Below are positions 47,831-52,280 of a DNA stretch of 52,280 nt, piece by piece. The DNA is from Folioceros fuciformis (Eukaryota). The DNA lies in contig JBNGIO010006314.1 in assembly GCA_049999805.1 (NCBI GenBank), forward strand, positions 266,173 to 318,452, in the 5' to 3' direction. The position numbers and the translations under genes were made by a program. Each line of letters starts with the position of its first letter. Within the stretch, counting starts at the first letter, position 1. The notes beneath the pieces were generated by a model. It had not been told where the DNA came from, ran no database searches, and saw only the letters and a list, made by a program, of their open reading frames with translations.

Positions 47831-47847
47831 TCTCCCGCTTTCCCGCC
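47831..47847 (+). promoter_or_regulatory. Tandem E2F-binding motifs (TCTCCCGC + TTTCCCGCC) in the PPR3/MCM2 divergent promoter
   Basis: Canonical TTTCCCGC at 47839-47846 directly preceded by the variant TCTCCCGC. MCM genes are established E2F targets. Confidence 0.65.
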
Positions 47848-48001
47848 ATTTCTTTGCTCCTCCCACATCGGTGGTGCTGCGCTTCCTCTGTGAGGGGAGC
47901 TTGGTCCCCGTGTTGCTGATGGAGCTATGGAGGCAATTACTGGTATCTGAGGAGCTGCATTAGGCGAGCAGCAGCAGACCGACTTGCGTTCTGGAACAGT
48001 C

Positions 48002-52280
<4,279 letters not shown>

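Overview
Gene-dense land-plant nuclear DNA with short introns (mostly about 70-150 nt). The WW-type PPR C-terminus suggests a non-seed plant such as a hornwort; this is inference. From left to right the window holds: a decayed Ty1/Copia fragment; a telomere-like satellite interrupted by a ~2-kb TG...CA solo-LTR-like insertion; tRNA-Ala(AGC); a DUF952 gene; a candidate box C/D snoRNA; RPL34; a very long PLS-class PPR gene with a truncated WW-type DYW end; a BPS1-like pseudogene; a coiled-coil alpha-amylase; tRNA-Ser(CGA); a PLS-E+ PPR head-to-head with a PORR gene; an aspartic protease spanning a 100-N gap; two tandem RPS24 genes; the E3 ligase SPL2; POLA2; a second PORR gene; a third PPR gene; and MCM2, which runs off the end. 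The most striking observation is the third PPR gene. Three upstream exons splice in frame onto it and add an organellar presequence plus an OSB-type PDF ssDNA-binding motif, giving a PDF-PLS-PPR-E+ fusion that shares a short E2F-motif-containing divergent promoter with MCM2. Other notable items are an apparent intron gain by tandem duplication in PORR2, an in-register DYW remnant after the stop of PPR1, and a possible 5.8S rRNA methylation-guide snoRNA downstream of RPL34.
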